A stretch of 64,000 nt of DNA. Origin: Acidimicrobiales bacterium (GTDB taxonomy: Bacteria; Actinomycetota; Acidimicrobiia; Acidimicrobiales; Aldehydirespiratoraceae). Both the position numbers and the translations under genes were made by a program. The notes under the pieces are model-generated. The model was not told where the DNA came from and did not search any database. It saw nothing but the letters and a program-made list of their open reading frames with translations. The DNA lies in NCBI GenBank assembly GCA_022425325.1, contig JAKMFW010000047.1, positions 7,608-71,607 of the forward strand, read 5' to 3'. Of the stretch, positions 27,705 through 37,559 are shown piece by piece; position 1 is the first letter of the stretch, and every line of letters starts with the position of its first letter.

Positions 27705-29108
27705 CTAGCGATCCGTGAAGCCGAGGTCGTCGGCCTTGCCTGCCGGGAACGTGCGAGCGAGTTCCTCCGGCGTCGGGTCGTACGGCTGCCGTGCCCGCTC
27801 CGGGAGCAGGGCGCTCAGCGCGTGCATGATCCGCTCGGTGTCGCGTTCGACACTTCGGTATTTGAGGTCGACCGGTGGGCCGACCGTGGCGGTGACCTTG
27901 GGCTGATCCTGGAGGTTGAAGGACGGTAATGCTGCGCTTCGTGGCCAGACCTCGTCGGTGCCCCACAGCCCGACCGGAATCACGGGTGCCCGTGTCATGG
28001 CGGCGAGTCGGGCCGCACCCCAACGTCCTTTCAGCACGGGGTCGAAGAACGCCTGGCCTCGTGGAATCGTGCCCTGCGGAAACATCACGACGACATCGCC
28101 GCCCCGCACGGCAGCCGCTGCAGCATCGAATGCGCCGTCGTCACTTGTGCCCCGGTCGACCCGGATTCCGCCGCCCGCTTGCAGGAGCGGACCGATCACG
28201 GGGATGTCGAAGACTTCCTTCTTGCCCAGGTAGCGGCCATTGCGGCCCGACTTCGCCACCGTCGTGATCATCACGGCCGGATCAAAGTAGCTCCGGTGGT
28301 TGCCGACGATGATCGCGCCGCCTTCACGAGGAATGTGTTCGAGTCCCGACACGGTGATGTCGGCGTTGGGAATGAGTTCGGGCCGCAGAAACGGACGAAA
28401 CAGATCCTGCAGTTCGAGACCGCCCATGGTCGGCACGCCATCGGGCTTGTCGAGCGAACGAATCGGCCAGCCGTTGAGCGCGGCGGTGGCGGCAAGACGG
28501 GCATCGGGGTTGACGGCGACAGGGTGGCCGACGAGGTCGAGCAGCGACGAGTCGTAATAGCTGTCGGAGTACGCCCAACAGCCCGCCGGATCGACGTCGT
28601 GCTCGGCACACCACCGCAGCACGGCGTCTCGTTTGCCCGGACCCCAGACGACGTCGCCATCGACCCGACCGGTGAATGCGCCGTCGGCCTGCGCCCATCT
28701 CGTGGCGATGACGTCGTCGATGCCGAGGAGGTCGGCGAGGGGCCGAACAAGGTGCTCCGGCGTGGTGGTGGCGAGCACGAGGGTGCGTCCCGCATCGCGA
28801 TGCATGGCGAGCTCGACGCGAGCAAAGTCGGAGACATGCGCTGCGATTTCGGCGGCTGCCGGTCCGGCAGCGGCGATCACCGCATCGACCGGCCAGCCGA
28901 CAGCTGCACGGGGAGCGAGTTTCGCCGACCGGCCCACGATCGACGACTCACCGACGAGTTCGAAGACCTTGAAGGCGAGGTCGGCCAGGGTTCCGTCGAC
29001 CGGTGTGCCGAACCCGGCTGCAGAGAGGTGGCGCTGAAAGATCTTGGGCGAGGCGACCGAGACGAGGGTGCGGTCGAGATCGAAGAACGCAGCGGCGGGG
29101 GCGGACAT
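27705..29108 (-). CDS. HAD-IB hydrolase / lysophospholipid acyltransferase fusion (PlsC-like)
   Basis: AFFDLDRTL, AYSDSYYD; NHRSYFD, FPQGT. Confidence 0.92.
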   Translation of the reverse strand: MSAPAAAFFDLDRTLVSVASPKIFQRHLSAAGFGTPVDGTLADLAFKVFELVGESSIVGRSAKLAPRAAVGWPVDAVIAAAGPAAAEIAAHVSDFARVELAMHRDAGRTLVLATTTPEHLVRPLADLLGIDDVIATRWAQADGAFTGRVDGDVVWGPGKRDAVLRWCAEHDVDPAGCWAYSDSYYDSSLLDLVGHPVAVNPDARLAATAALNGWPIRSLDKPDGVPTMGGLELQDLFRPFLRPELIPNADITVSGLEHIPREGGAIIVGNHRSYFDPAVMITTVAKSGRNGRYLGKKEVFDIPVIGPLLQAGGGIRVDRGTSDDGAFDAAAAAVRGGDVVVMFPQGTIPRGQAFFDPVLKGRWGAARLAAMTRAPVIPVGLWGTDEVWPRSAALPSFNLQDQPKVTATVGPPVDLKYRSVERDTERIMHALSALLPERARQPYDPTPEELARTFPAGKADDLGFTDR

Positions 29109-29207
29109 GCCCGATCAGTCTGACAGTTCCGCACGATTCACGAGAGAGCGGGCACCTGGGGTACAAATGATTGTCGGTTCGGCACGTTTCTGAAGGGGTT
29201 TCGAGGC

Positions 29208-30419
29208 ATGTACATCGGGTACGACGAGAAACAGGAGGCGCTCCGAAAGGAGCTGCGCGACTACTACAACGAACTGCTCACGCCTGAGATCCGGGATGCG
29301 CTCGCGGCTGAAGAGGGCACCGGCCCGGTGCACCGAGAGATCGTCGGCAAGATGGGACGCGACGGTTGGCTGACGGTCGGGTGGCCCGAGGAATACGGCG
29401 GTCGCGGCTACTCCGCCGTCGAACAGTTCGTGATGTTCGACGAGTCTGTGGCCATCGGCGCACCGATCCCGATGCTCACGGTCAACACCGTCGGCCCGAC
29501 CCTGATGCAGTACGGCACCCAGGAGCAGAAGGACTTCTTCCTGCCGAAGATCTCCCGCGGTGAGATCACCTTCTGTGTCGGCTACTCCGAACCCGATGCC
29601 GGCACCGACCTCGCTTCGCTGCAGTGCCGAGCCGTTCGCGACGGCGACGAGTTCGTCATCAACGGCCAGAAGACCTGGACCTCGCTCGCCAGGGACGCTG
29701 ACTACATCTGGCTCGCAGCCCGGACGAACCCCGACGTGAAGAAGCACAAGGGCATCTCGCTCTTCTGTATCCCGATGGACACGCCCGGGTTGTCGATCGA
29801 ACCGCTCCACCTCCTCAGCAGCCACAACATCAACCACACCTTCTTCGATGACGTCCGGGTGCCGGCCTCAACCCTGATCGGTGAGGAGAACGGCGGCTGG
29901 GGGCTCATCACCTCCCAACTCAACCGTGAGCGCGTGACGATCTGCTCCTCCGGCATGGTCACCAAGGCACTCGAGGAGACGGTCGAGTTCGCCAAGAGCA
30001 CCCAACTCGCCGACGGCACGACGCTGATCGACAAGCCGTGGGTGCAGCGCAACCTGGCCGAAGTCACCGCCGAACTCGAGTTTCTCCGCTTGATGAACTG
30101 GAAGGTGGCCTGGGAGGTCGCCACCCACATCGACGGCAAGGAACTCGACGAACTCGACTTCGAGCACATGAAGGCGTTCATCGCCGATTCGTCCAGTGTG
30201 AAGGTCTTCGGTACCGAGTTCTTCCACCGGTCGTACCGCAAGCTGATGGAGATCTACGGACCACAGGCGACGATCGCCAAGGGTTCGATCGGCCACCTCA
30301 CCCGTCTCGAGATGCAGTACCGGTCGACCATCATCCTCACCTTCGGTGGCGGTACCAACGAGATGCAGCGGGATCTGATCTCGCAATTCGGCCTCGGCTA
30401 CCCGAAGGCGGATCGCTGA
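29208..30419 (+). CDS. Acyl-CoA dehydrogenase (FadE26-like subunit)
   Basis: GYSEPDAGTDLASL, INGQKTWTS, LNRERV, TFGGGTNEMQRD. Confidence 0.92.
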   Translation: MYIGYDEKQEALRKELRDYYNELLTPEIRDALAAEEGTGPVHREIVGKMGRDGWLTVGWPEEYGGRGYSAVEQFVMFDESVAIGAPIPMLTVNTVGPTLMQYGTQEQKDFFLPKISRGEITFCVGYSEPDAGTDLASLQCRAVRDGDEFVINGQKTWTSLARDADYIWLAARTNPDVKKHKGISLFCIPMDTPGLSIEPLHLLSSHNINHTFFDDVRVPASTLIGEENGGWGLITSQLNRERVTICSSGMVTKALEETVEFAKSTQLADGTTLIDKPWVQRNLAEVTAELEFLRLMNWKVAWEVATHIDGKELDELDFEHMKAFIADSSSVKVFGTEFFHRSYRKLMEIYGPQATIAKGSIGHLTRLEMQYRSTIILTFGGGTNEMQRDLISQFGLGYPKADR

Positions 30420-31543
30420 TGGACTTCACGCTCGACGACGAACAGCAGGCGATCCACGACATCACGAAGCAGGTGCTCGGTGATCTGTCGACCCACAGTC
30501 GCCTGAAGGATCTGGCGGTCGCCGACGATCATGTCGACTGCGACGCCTGGGCTGCCCTCGCCGAAGCCGGTGTGGTCGGTGCCTCGATCCCCGAGGCCCA
30601 TGGCGGCGCAGGACTCGGCTTCCTCGCCACGGCGATGGCCCTGGAGGTCGCCGGCTACCACGCGTCGCCGATCCCGCTCCTCTCCACGATCGTCATGGGG
30701 GCGATGCCGATCGCCGAGTTCGGCACCGATGCCCAGCAGGCCGCCTGGCTGCCGCGCATCGCCGAAGGCTCGCTTCTTTGCGCTGCGGCGCTCTACGAGC
30801 AGGGCACCACGCCCGGCGAGCCGCTCACTACCGCCCGCACCGACGGCGACGGATTCGTTCTCGACGGCGTGAAGCCGATGGTCGATCAGGGCCTCGAAGC
30901 CGGTCTCCTCGTCGTGCCGGCTCGCCTCGACAACGGCTCGGTCGGGGTGTTCCTCGTACCCACCGATGCCGATGGTGTGACTCGCCAGCGAGTCGAGGTC
31001 ACCACCGGACGCCCGCAAGCTCATGTCACCCTCGCTGGTGTGGCCGTCGGTGCCGAAGCACTCCTCGGTGGTCCTGACGAAGACGCTGCCGCGATCATCC
31101 GGTGGATCGAACAGCGGGCCACCGTCGGCATGTGCATGCTCATGTCGGGTGCTGCTCGCGCCTCGATCGAGCTCGCCGCCGACTACACGAAGCAACGCCA
31201 ACAGTTCGATCGTCCGATCGCGACCTTCCAGACCGTGTCGAACCGGGCCGGTGACTCCTACATCGACGCCGAGGCGATCACCCTTACCGCCTGGCAGGCG
31301 GCGTGGCGTCTCGACGCCGGCCAGCCCGCCGACGATCAGATCTCGATCGCTGCGTATTGGGCGGCGGTCGGCGGCTACCGAGTCGTGCACGCAGCTGTCC
31401 ACGTCCACGGCGGGGTCGGCGTCGATCGCGACTACCCGCTGCATCGGCACTTCCTGCTCGCCCGCCAACTCGAGCTCACGCTGGGCAACGGCGAAGAGCA
31501 TCTCGTCACCCTCGGCCGTTCCATCGCTGCCGCACCGGCCTAG
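30419..31543 (+). CDS. Acyl-CoA dehydrogenase (FadE27-like partner subunit)
   Basis: TGATG overlap; RQQFDRPIATFQ, HVHGGVGVD..YPLHR; degenerate FAD motifs. Confidence 0.88.
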   Translation: MDFTLDDEQQAIHDITKQVLGDLSTHSRLKDLAVADDHVDCDAWAALAEAGVVGASIPEAHGGAGLGFLATAMALEVAGYHASPIPLLSTIVMGAMPIAEFGTDAQQAAWLPRIAEGSLLCAAALYEQGTTPGEPLTTARTDGDGFVLDGVKPMVDQGLEAGLLVVPARLDNGSVGVFLVPTDADGVTRQRVEVTTGRPQAHVTLAGVAVGAEALLGGPDEDAAAIIRWIEQRATVGMCMLMSGAARASIELAADYTKQRQQFDRPIATFQTVSNRAGDSYIDAEAITLTAWQAAWRLDAGQPADDQISIAAYWAAVGGYRVVHAAVHVHGGVGVDRDYPLHRHFLLARQLELTLGNGEEHLVTLGRSIAAAPA

Positions 31544-31610
31544 GCCTTACCCGTCGGCGCGGTCGGCCGGGCTGTGGGAACATCACCGAGCGTGAACCCA
31601 GGGGGGATCC

Positions 31611-32951
31611 ATGACCGACTTTTTCACCACGGTGCCCGAGCCTGTCCGCTTCGAGGGCCCGGAATCCGACAACCCGCTTGCGTTCCGCTGGTACGACGCT
31701 GATCGTGTGGTCGGCCAGAAGACGATGGCCGAGCATCTGCGCATGGCGGTGTGCTACTGGCACTCGTTCAACTGGCCTGGCAACGATGTCTTCGGCGACG
31801 GCACGTTCGACCGCCCGTGGCTCGCCGCCGACCTCGAGCCGATGGAAGCGGCCCGCACCAAGATGGCAGCCGCCTTCGAGTTCTTCGAGAAGCTCGGCGT
31901 TCCGTACTTCTGCTTCCACGACCACGATGTCGCTCCCACCGGCTCGTCGTTTGCCGAGGAGACCGCCAACCTGAACGAACTCGCCGACGACATGGCCGTC
32001 CATATGGAGCGCACCGGTGTCGGTCTGCTGTGGGGCACGGCCCGCCTGTTCGGCCACCCTCGGTACATGGCCGGTGCCGCCACCAACCCGAACCCCGAGG
32101 TCTACGCCCGTGCGGCCGCCCAGGTGAAGAACTGTATGGATGTCACCCACCGCCTCGGAGGCCAGAACTATGTCCTCTGGGGCGGCCGCGAAGGCTACGA
32201 GACCCTCCTCAACACCGACCTCTCGCGAGAGCTCGATCAGCTGGGCCGGTTCCTGAACCAGGTCGTCGAGTACAAGCACCACATCGGCTTCCACGGCACG
32301 ATCCTGCTCGAGCCCAAGCCGCAAGAGCCCACGAAGCATCAGTACGACTACGACTCGCAGTCGTGCTTCGCCTTCTTGCAACGCTACGGCCTCGAGGACG
32401 AGGTGAAGGTCAACATCGAGGTCAACCACGCAACCCTCTCCGGCCACGACTTCCAGCACGAACTGGCGATGGCCGCAGCGTGCGGCATCCTCGGCTCGGT
32501 CGATGCCAACCGAGGCGACGACCGACTCGGCTGGGACACCGATCAATTCCCGAACTCGGTGGAGGAGATGTCGCTCGGCGTCTATGAGATCCTCCGGGCC
32601 GGAGGCTTCACGACCGGCGGGTTCAACTTCGATACGAAGCTGCGACGAATGTCGATCGCCCGTGACGATCTCTTCCATGCCCACATCGGCGGCATGGACA
32701 CGCTCGCCCGATCCCTGCTCGTCGCTCACTCGATGCTCGAGGACGGCGTGCTGGAAGGCCGCCGCAGCGGGCGGTACGCAGGCTGGGAAACCGGCCTCGG
32801 CGCCGACATCCTCCACGGCAACGGCCCGGGCGCGTCGCTTGGTTCGCTACACCACTTCGTCGGTGACACGGAACTCGACCCGGCCCCCATCAGCGGTCGC
32901 CAGGAGGAGCTCGAGAACCTCGTCAACCGCTTCATCGAACGCGTTCGCTGA
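31611..32951 (+). CDS. xylA: Xylose isomerase (class II)
   Basis: [41 protein letters not shown]. Confidence 0.97.
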   Translation: MTDFFTTVPEPVRFEGPESDNPLAFRWYDADRVVGQKTMAEHLRMAVCYWHSFNWPGNDVFGDGTFDRPWLAADLEPMEAARTKMAAAFEFFEKLGVPYFCFHDHDVAPTGSSFAEETANLNELADDMAVHMERTGVGLLWGTARLFGHPRYMAGAATNPNPEVYARAAAQVKNCMDVTHRLGGQNYVLWGGREGYETLLNTDLSRELDQLGRFLNQVVEYKHHIGFHGTILLEPKPQEPTKHQYDYDSQSCFAFLQRYGLEDEVKVNIEVNHATLSGHDFQHELAMAAACGILGSVDANRGDDRLGWDTDQFPNSVEEMSLGVYEILRAGGFTTGGFNFDTKLRRMSIARDDLFHAHIGGMDTLARSLLVAHSMLEDGVLEGRRSGRYAGWETGLGADILHGNGPGASLGSLHHFVGDTELDPAPISGRQEELENLVNRFIERVR

Positions 32952-34330
32952 TGCCGTTTGTCGCCGGGGTCGACTCGTCGACACAGTCGTGCAAGGTCGA
33001 GATCCGCGATCTCGACTCGGGTCAGGTCATCGCCGTCGGCCGTGGCGCTCATCCGCCGACGAGTCCCCCTCGCAGCGAGCAGGACCCAAACGCATGGTGG
33101 GCCGCACTCGTCGATGCGTTCGACGAGGTTGGCTCCGTCGCCGGTCAGGTTGCGGCGATCGGCGTCGGGGGCCAGCAGCACGGCATGGTCGTGCTCGATG
33201 CCGACAACCGACCGCTCCGGCTCGCCAAGCTCTGGAACGACACCGAGTCCGCCGCCGAAGCCACCCGCCTCACCGAGGCGGCCGGGGCCGAAACCTGGGC
33301 CGCACGTGTGGGTTCGGTACCGGTCGCCTCGTTCACGATCAGCAAGCTGGCCTGGCTCGTGCAGCACGAACCCGACCTCGTCGGACGCATCGCCAAGGTG
33401 CTTCTGCCCCACGACTACGTGAACCTGAGGCTCACCGGCGTGCACGCCACCGATCGAGGTGATGCATCGGGAAGCGGCTGGTTCGATGCACGAACGGGCG
33501 AGTGCGCCGCCGAACTGCTCGAGCTTGTCGGCGGCCGAGACGACTGGGCGAGTCTCGTCCCGACGGTGCTCGGTCCGACCGAGGTACTCGGCGCGGTGAC
33601 GGGTGAGGCGGCCGCAGCGCTCGGTGTGCCCGAGGGCATCCCTGTGGGTCCCGGCAGCGGCGACAATATGGCGGCAGCACTCGGACTCGGCCTCACGACC
33701 GGCGATGTCGCCCTCTCGCTCGGCACGTCGGGTGTCGTGTACGCAGCGTCGCCGACACCGACAGCCGATCCGTCGGGCGCGGTCGCGGGATTCGCCGACG
33801 CCACGGGCGGCTATCTGCCGCTCGTGTGCACCCTCAACGCCACCAAGGTCACCGACACGGTCGCTGGGTGGCTCGGGATGGATCACGAGACGTTTGCGGC
33901 CGCAGCGCTTGATGCGCCTGCCGGCGCTCACGGTGCCCGGCTCACCCCCTATTTCGACGGCGAGCGGACACCCAATCTGCCCGATGCAACGGGCACGTTT
34001 GAAGGGCTTCGCAACGACACGACGTCAGCGGATCTGGCCCGAGCTGCCCATGAAGGGGTGCTTCGCGGCCTGCTCTTCGGACGTGAGGCCTTGGCCGCCG
34101 CAGGAGCAGCGGTCGATGGGCGAGTGCACCTGATCGGCGGCGGGGCCAGGAGTCCGGCGTACCGCCAGATCCTTGCCGACCTGCTCGGCGCGGCGATCCG
34201 GGTGCCCGATGCCGATGAGACGGTCGCCACCGGTGGCGCAGTGCAGGCCGCCGCGATGTTGGGCCGCTCCTTTGCCGACACGGCGACTGCCTGGGATCTG
34301 GGCGCCGGCATCGACATCGGCCCCAGCTGA
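32951..34330 (+). CDS. xylB: Xylulokinase
   Basis: GVDSSTQSCK, GQQHG, LWNDT, GDNMAAALG, SLGTSG, GERTP. Confidence 0.95.
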   Translation: MPFVAGVDSSTQSCKVEIRDLDSGQVIAVGRGAHPPTSPPRSEQDPNAWWAALVDAFDEVGSVAGQVAAIGVGGQQHGMVVLDADNRPLRLAKLWNDTESAAEATRLTEAAGAETWAARVGSVPVASFTISKLAWLVQHEPDLVGRIAKVLLPHDYVNLRLTGVHATDRGDASGSGWFDARTGECAAELLELVGGRDDWASLVPTVLGPTEVLGAVTGEAAAALGVPEGIPVGPGSGDNMAAALGLGLTTGDVALSLGTSGVVYAASPTPTADPSGAVAGFADATGGYLPLVCTLNATKVTDTVAGWLGMDHETFAAAALDAPAGAHGARLTPYFDGERTPNLPDATGTFEGLRNDTTSADLARAAHEGVLRGLLFGREALAAAGAAVDGRVHLIGGGARSPAYRQILADLLGAAIRVPDADETVATGGAVQAAAMLGRSFADTATAWDLGAGIDIGPS

Positions 34331-34333
34331 CGG

Positions 34334-35596
34334 CTACTCGATCACGCCCCGCTCGCGCAGATCGGCGAGCGTTTCGGCGTCGAGCCCGAGCTCACGACTG
34401 AGGATGTCATCGTTGTGTTCGCCGAGCCAGGGCACCCGCGTCTCTGGGCCTTCGGCCATCTGGCTGAGCTTCACGGGATTGCCGGGGATCAGCACCGGCT
34501 CACCACCCCCAGGTGGGTCCATGGCGACGAGCATGTTGCGGACTGCCACATGCTCGTCCGCCACGATGTCGGCCGGGGTGTAGCTCTCGCCGACGGCAAG
34601 GCCCTCGGCCGCAAGCGCAGCGACCGCCTCGCGGTTGGTCATCGATGCGGCCCAGCGCTCGACGTCGGGGCGGATCACGGTGGCGAAGTGATCGCGCCAG
34701 CCTTCTCTCGTGGCAAGGCGTTCGTCGGTGAGCCATTGACCGTTACCGGTGACCTCGGCGAGCTTTTCGAACTGGTGCTCGCGCACACACTGCACGATGA
34801 AGTGCCCTTCGCCGGCCGCAAAGGTCTCGATGATGCCGACGGCGCTCTCGGCCTCGCCGGCGATGCCCATCGAGTAGAAGTTCGTGACGAGGTCGGTCAT
34901 CGCAACGGCCGCATCGAGCATGGCGATGTCGACGTACTGCCCTTCACCGGTGGCGTCGCGGTGGCGAAGGGCGGCGAGCACCCCGATCACGCCGAACAGA
35001 GCGGAACTGATATCGCCGAGCGCCCCGACCGGATTGACGATCGGTGGCCGCTCTGGCAGCCGCTTGTATTCATAGATGCCCGACATGCCCTCGACCACCG
35101 CTGCATAGGCAGCCCGGTGGATGTGCGGCGACGCGGGGTCGTTCCCGAAGCCGGAGACCGAGAGGTAGATCGCTGCGGGGTTGACCGCCTTGACGGCGTC
35201 GTACCCGATGCCGAGGCGGTCGGCGGTGCCGGCCTTGAAGTTCTCGCACACGATGTCGGCGGTCTTCGCCAGTTCGAGGCACAAACGCACGCCTTCGGGG
35301 TCCTTGAGGTTCAGGGTCACCGAGCGCTTGTTGAGGTTGTTGCGCAGGAAGGTGGCACCCACTGGGCGTCCGTCCGGGTCGTCGATCGCCGGCATCGAAC
35401 CGCGGCCCGAATCACCGGTGCCGGGTGACTCGACCTTCACCACGTCGGCACCCAAACGGGCAAGGAGCTGGGTCCCGAAGGGAAGGGCGGCCATCTGTTC
35501 GATGGCCAGCACCCGGATTCCGGCGAGCGGTTTGGGCTGGTCGGCGGCCGCCTCGTTGGCGATGTCGCCGAGGCGCATGTGCGGGGTGTCGGCCAT
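34334..35596 (-). CDS. CaiB/BaiF family III CoA transferase
   Basis: PLAGIRVL, LGADVVKVESP, NKRSVTLNLK, ENFKAG, LGEHND. Confidence 0.93.
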   Translation of the reverse strand: MADTPHMRLGDIANEAAADQPKPLAGIRVLAIEQMAALPFGTQLLARLGADVVKVESPGTGDSGRGSMPAIDDPDGRPVGATFLRNNLNKRSVTLNLKDPEGVRLCLELAKTADIVCENFKAGTADRLGIGYDAVKAVNPAAIYLSVSGFGNDPASPHIHRAAYAAVVEGMSGIYEYKRLPERPPIVNPVGALGDISSALFGVIGVLAALRHRDATGEGQYVDIAMLDAAVAMTDLVTNFYSMGIAGEAESAVGIIETFAAGEGHFIVQCVREHQFEKLAEVTGNGQWLTDERLATREGWRDHFATVIRPDVERWAASMTNREAVAALAAEGLAVGESYTPADIVADEHVAVRNMLVAMDPPGGGEPVLIPGNPVKLSQMAEGPETRVPWLGEHNDDILSRELGLDAETLADLRERGVIE

Positions 35597-35699
35597 GACT
35601 CGCAGTCTGGCCCAGGCGGCCCGGCGGCGCACAAAACTCGTGCGCACTACCGCTGGGTCAACCTCGCGCCGGGAAGAAACGATCGCTACCCTGCGCGCC

Positions 35700-36230
35700 A
35701 TGGAGATCGGAGGCGACCGGTACCGGACGGTGGGAGGGGTGCATCGCATCCCGATCGACGGTGTGTCCGGCATGTTGGTGCTCGCCGGGCTGGAGGCGGT
35801 CGGACCCGACGCCGCCGCACTGCTCGGTCATGTGGGCGCCGAGACGATGGTCTGCCTCCAGACCGATGCCGAGATCGACCGGCGCTATCCGCCGTATCTG
35901 GAATGGCTGGCCGATCCCGAACCCCATGAGGCGCTCCGCCTCCCGATCGAGGATCACCTCGTGGCACCCGACGGCCCGATGACCTCGCTCATCGAGGCGA
36001 TTGTCGACCGCCTCGACGGTGGGGGTGGTGTCGTCGTGCACTGCGGGGCTGGTTGGGGACGTGCCGGACTCGTGGGGGCGCTGGTGCTCGTCGCCTATGG
36101 CGCCACGGTCACCGAGGCGCTCGACCGGGTGCGCGCCGCCCGGCCGGCTGCCGGACCGCAGTCTGATGAGCAGGATCAGCAGCTGATTCGTCTCGCTCCG
36201 GTTGTCAACGAGCAGACACGGCGACGCTGA
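35700..36230 (+). CDS. Protein-tyrosine/dual-specificity phosphatase family protein
   Basis: CX5R loop VHCGAGWGRAG. Confidence 0.88.
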   Translation: MEIGGDRYRTVGGVHRIPIDGVSGMLVLAGLEAVGPDAAALLGHVGAETMVCLQTDAEIDRRYPPYLEWLADPEPHEALRLPIEDHLVAPDGPMTSLIEAIVDRLDGGGGVVVHCGAGWGRAGLVGALVLVAYGATVTEALDRVRAARPAAGPQSDEQDQQLIRLAPVVNEQTRRR

Positions 36231-36233
36231 GCC

Positions 36234-36500
36234 TCAGGAGCCGTAGCGACGCACCTCGGGCCCGACGAACGCCTCGAATGACGCAAGAACCTCGCCATCG
36301 TTCGCATGGCGGCCGGTCTCGTGCTTGCTGTAGATCGTGGTGCCGTCGACGATGACGTCGAAGACGCCACCGCCGCCGGTGACGAGGGTGAGACCAGCGA
36401 TGACGTGTTGGTAGTTCGTCAACAGATCCGAGACCGCGCTCACGGCGCGGGCTGAATAATCTCAAGGGACGCAGTAGGTGATCTCGACCGTGTGGCTCAT
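36234..36500 (-). CDS. Rdx (SelW/SelT-like) family selenoprotein, CxxU (UGA at 36462-36464)
   Basis: MSHTVEITYCVP-U-DYSARAVSAVSDLL...TGGGGVFDVIVDGTTIYSK; 88 aa. Confidence 0.92.
36429..36464 (-). promoter_or_regulatory. Candidate bacterial SECIS of the Rdx gene
   Basis: UGA + 11 nt + CCGCGC-CGUGA-GCGCGG stem-loop; lower pairing UGAGA/UCUCG. Confidence 0.6.
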
Positions 36501-36526
36501 GGCGACGAACCTAGTGCAGTGACGGG

Positions 36527-37003
36527 TCAGTCGGGCCACGCTGCGATGGACGCAAACGTCGCGCCGAGGGCGACGGTGAAGGCGTCGGGGGGAACGACGA
36601 CTTCGAGACCCCGACGGCCACCGCTGCAGAACACCTCGTCCAGCGCCGTCGCCCATTCATCGACGAACGTCTCCAGGACCTGCTTTTGTCCGAAGGGGCT
36701 GATCCCACCGACGACGTAGCCCGAGCGCCGCTCGGCTTCGGCTGGCTCGGTCATCCTCGCCTTCTTCGCCCCGGCGGCCGCTGCGATCGCCTTGAGGTCG
36801 AGCGTGCACGAGACCGGCACGACACCGATTGCGTTTCGTCCGTCATCAAGCGTGACCATCAGTGTCTTGAAGGTCCCGTCGGGATCGGTGCCGAGGGCCT
36901 CGACGGCCTCGAGGCCGAACGAGCCGTGATCGGGATCGTGGTCGTAGTGGACGACGCGGTGCTCGATGCCGAGTCGCCGAAGCATGTCGATCGCGGGAGT
37001 CAC
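36527..37003 (-). CDS. ybaK: Cys-tRNA(Pro) deacylase YbaK
   Basis: MTPAI, FKTL, LDLKAIA, AERRSGYVVGGISPFGQK, SGGRRG. Confidence 0.93.
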   Translation of the reverse strand: MTPAIDMLRRLGIEHRVVHYDHDPDHGSFGLEAVEALGTDPDGTFKTLMVTLDDGRNAIGVVPVSCTLDLKAIAAAAGAKKARMTEPAEAERRSGYVVGGISPFGQKQVLETFVDEWATALDEVFCSGGRRGLEVVVPPDAFTVALGATFASIAAWPD

Positions 37004-37021
37004 ACGGCTATGGTGCCGCAC

Positions 37022-37522
37022 ATGGCTCAGATCACGCTCGGGGGCAACCCCATCAACACCAACGGTGACCTTCCTGCAGCAGGCGCCACCGCACCCGACT
37101 TCACCCTCACCAAGGCCGACTGGACCCCGGTGAGCGCCGGTGACCTCGCCGGTCAGCGAGTCGTGATGAACATCTTTCCCTCGCTCGACACAGGGCCCTG
37201 TCAGCTCACCATTCGCACATTCAACGAGCGTGCCGCCGACCTCGAGAACACCGCCGTGCTGTGCGTCTCGGCCGACCTGCCGCCCGCCGCTGCTCGGTTC
37301 TGCGGCGCCGAGGGCATCGAGAACGTGATCACGGGTTCGACCTTCAAGAATCCCGAAGTCCTCGAGGCGCTCGGCGTGAAGATGCTCGACGGCAAGCTTC
37401 AGGGCCTCGCCGCTCGTTCCGTGGTCGTGCTCGACACCGACGGCACCGTGTTGCACAGCGAACTCGTCCCGGAGATCGCGTCCGAGCCCGACTACGACGC
37501 AGCGATCGCCGCGCTCGGCTGA
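37022..37522 (+). CDS. tpx: Thiol peroxidase Tpx
   Basis: MAQITLGGNP, APDFTL, NIFPSLDTGPC, CVSADLP, RFCGAEG, LAARSVVVLD. Confidence 0.95.
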   Translation: MAQITLGGNPINTNGDLPAAGATAPDFTLTKADWTPVSAGDLAGQRVVMNIFPSLDTGPCQLTIRTFNERAADLENTAVLCVSADLPPAAARFCGAEGIENVITGSTFKNPEVLEALGVKMLDGKLQGLAARSVVVLDTDGTVLHSELVPEIASEPDYDAAIAALG

Positions 37523-37559
37523 TCCGCAAGCACAACTAGATCGTCATCGTGCCCGGGCC

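Noticed and set aside
37022-37522. Tpx as an additional selenoprotein
   Set aside because: The reading frame is uninterrupted and the catalytic residues are Cys codons.
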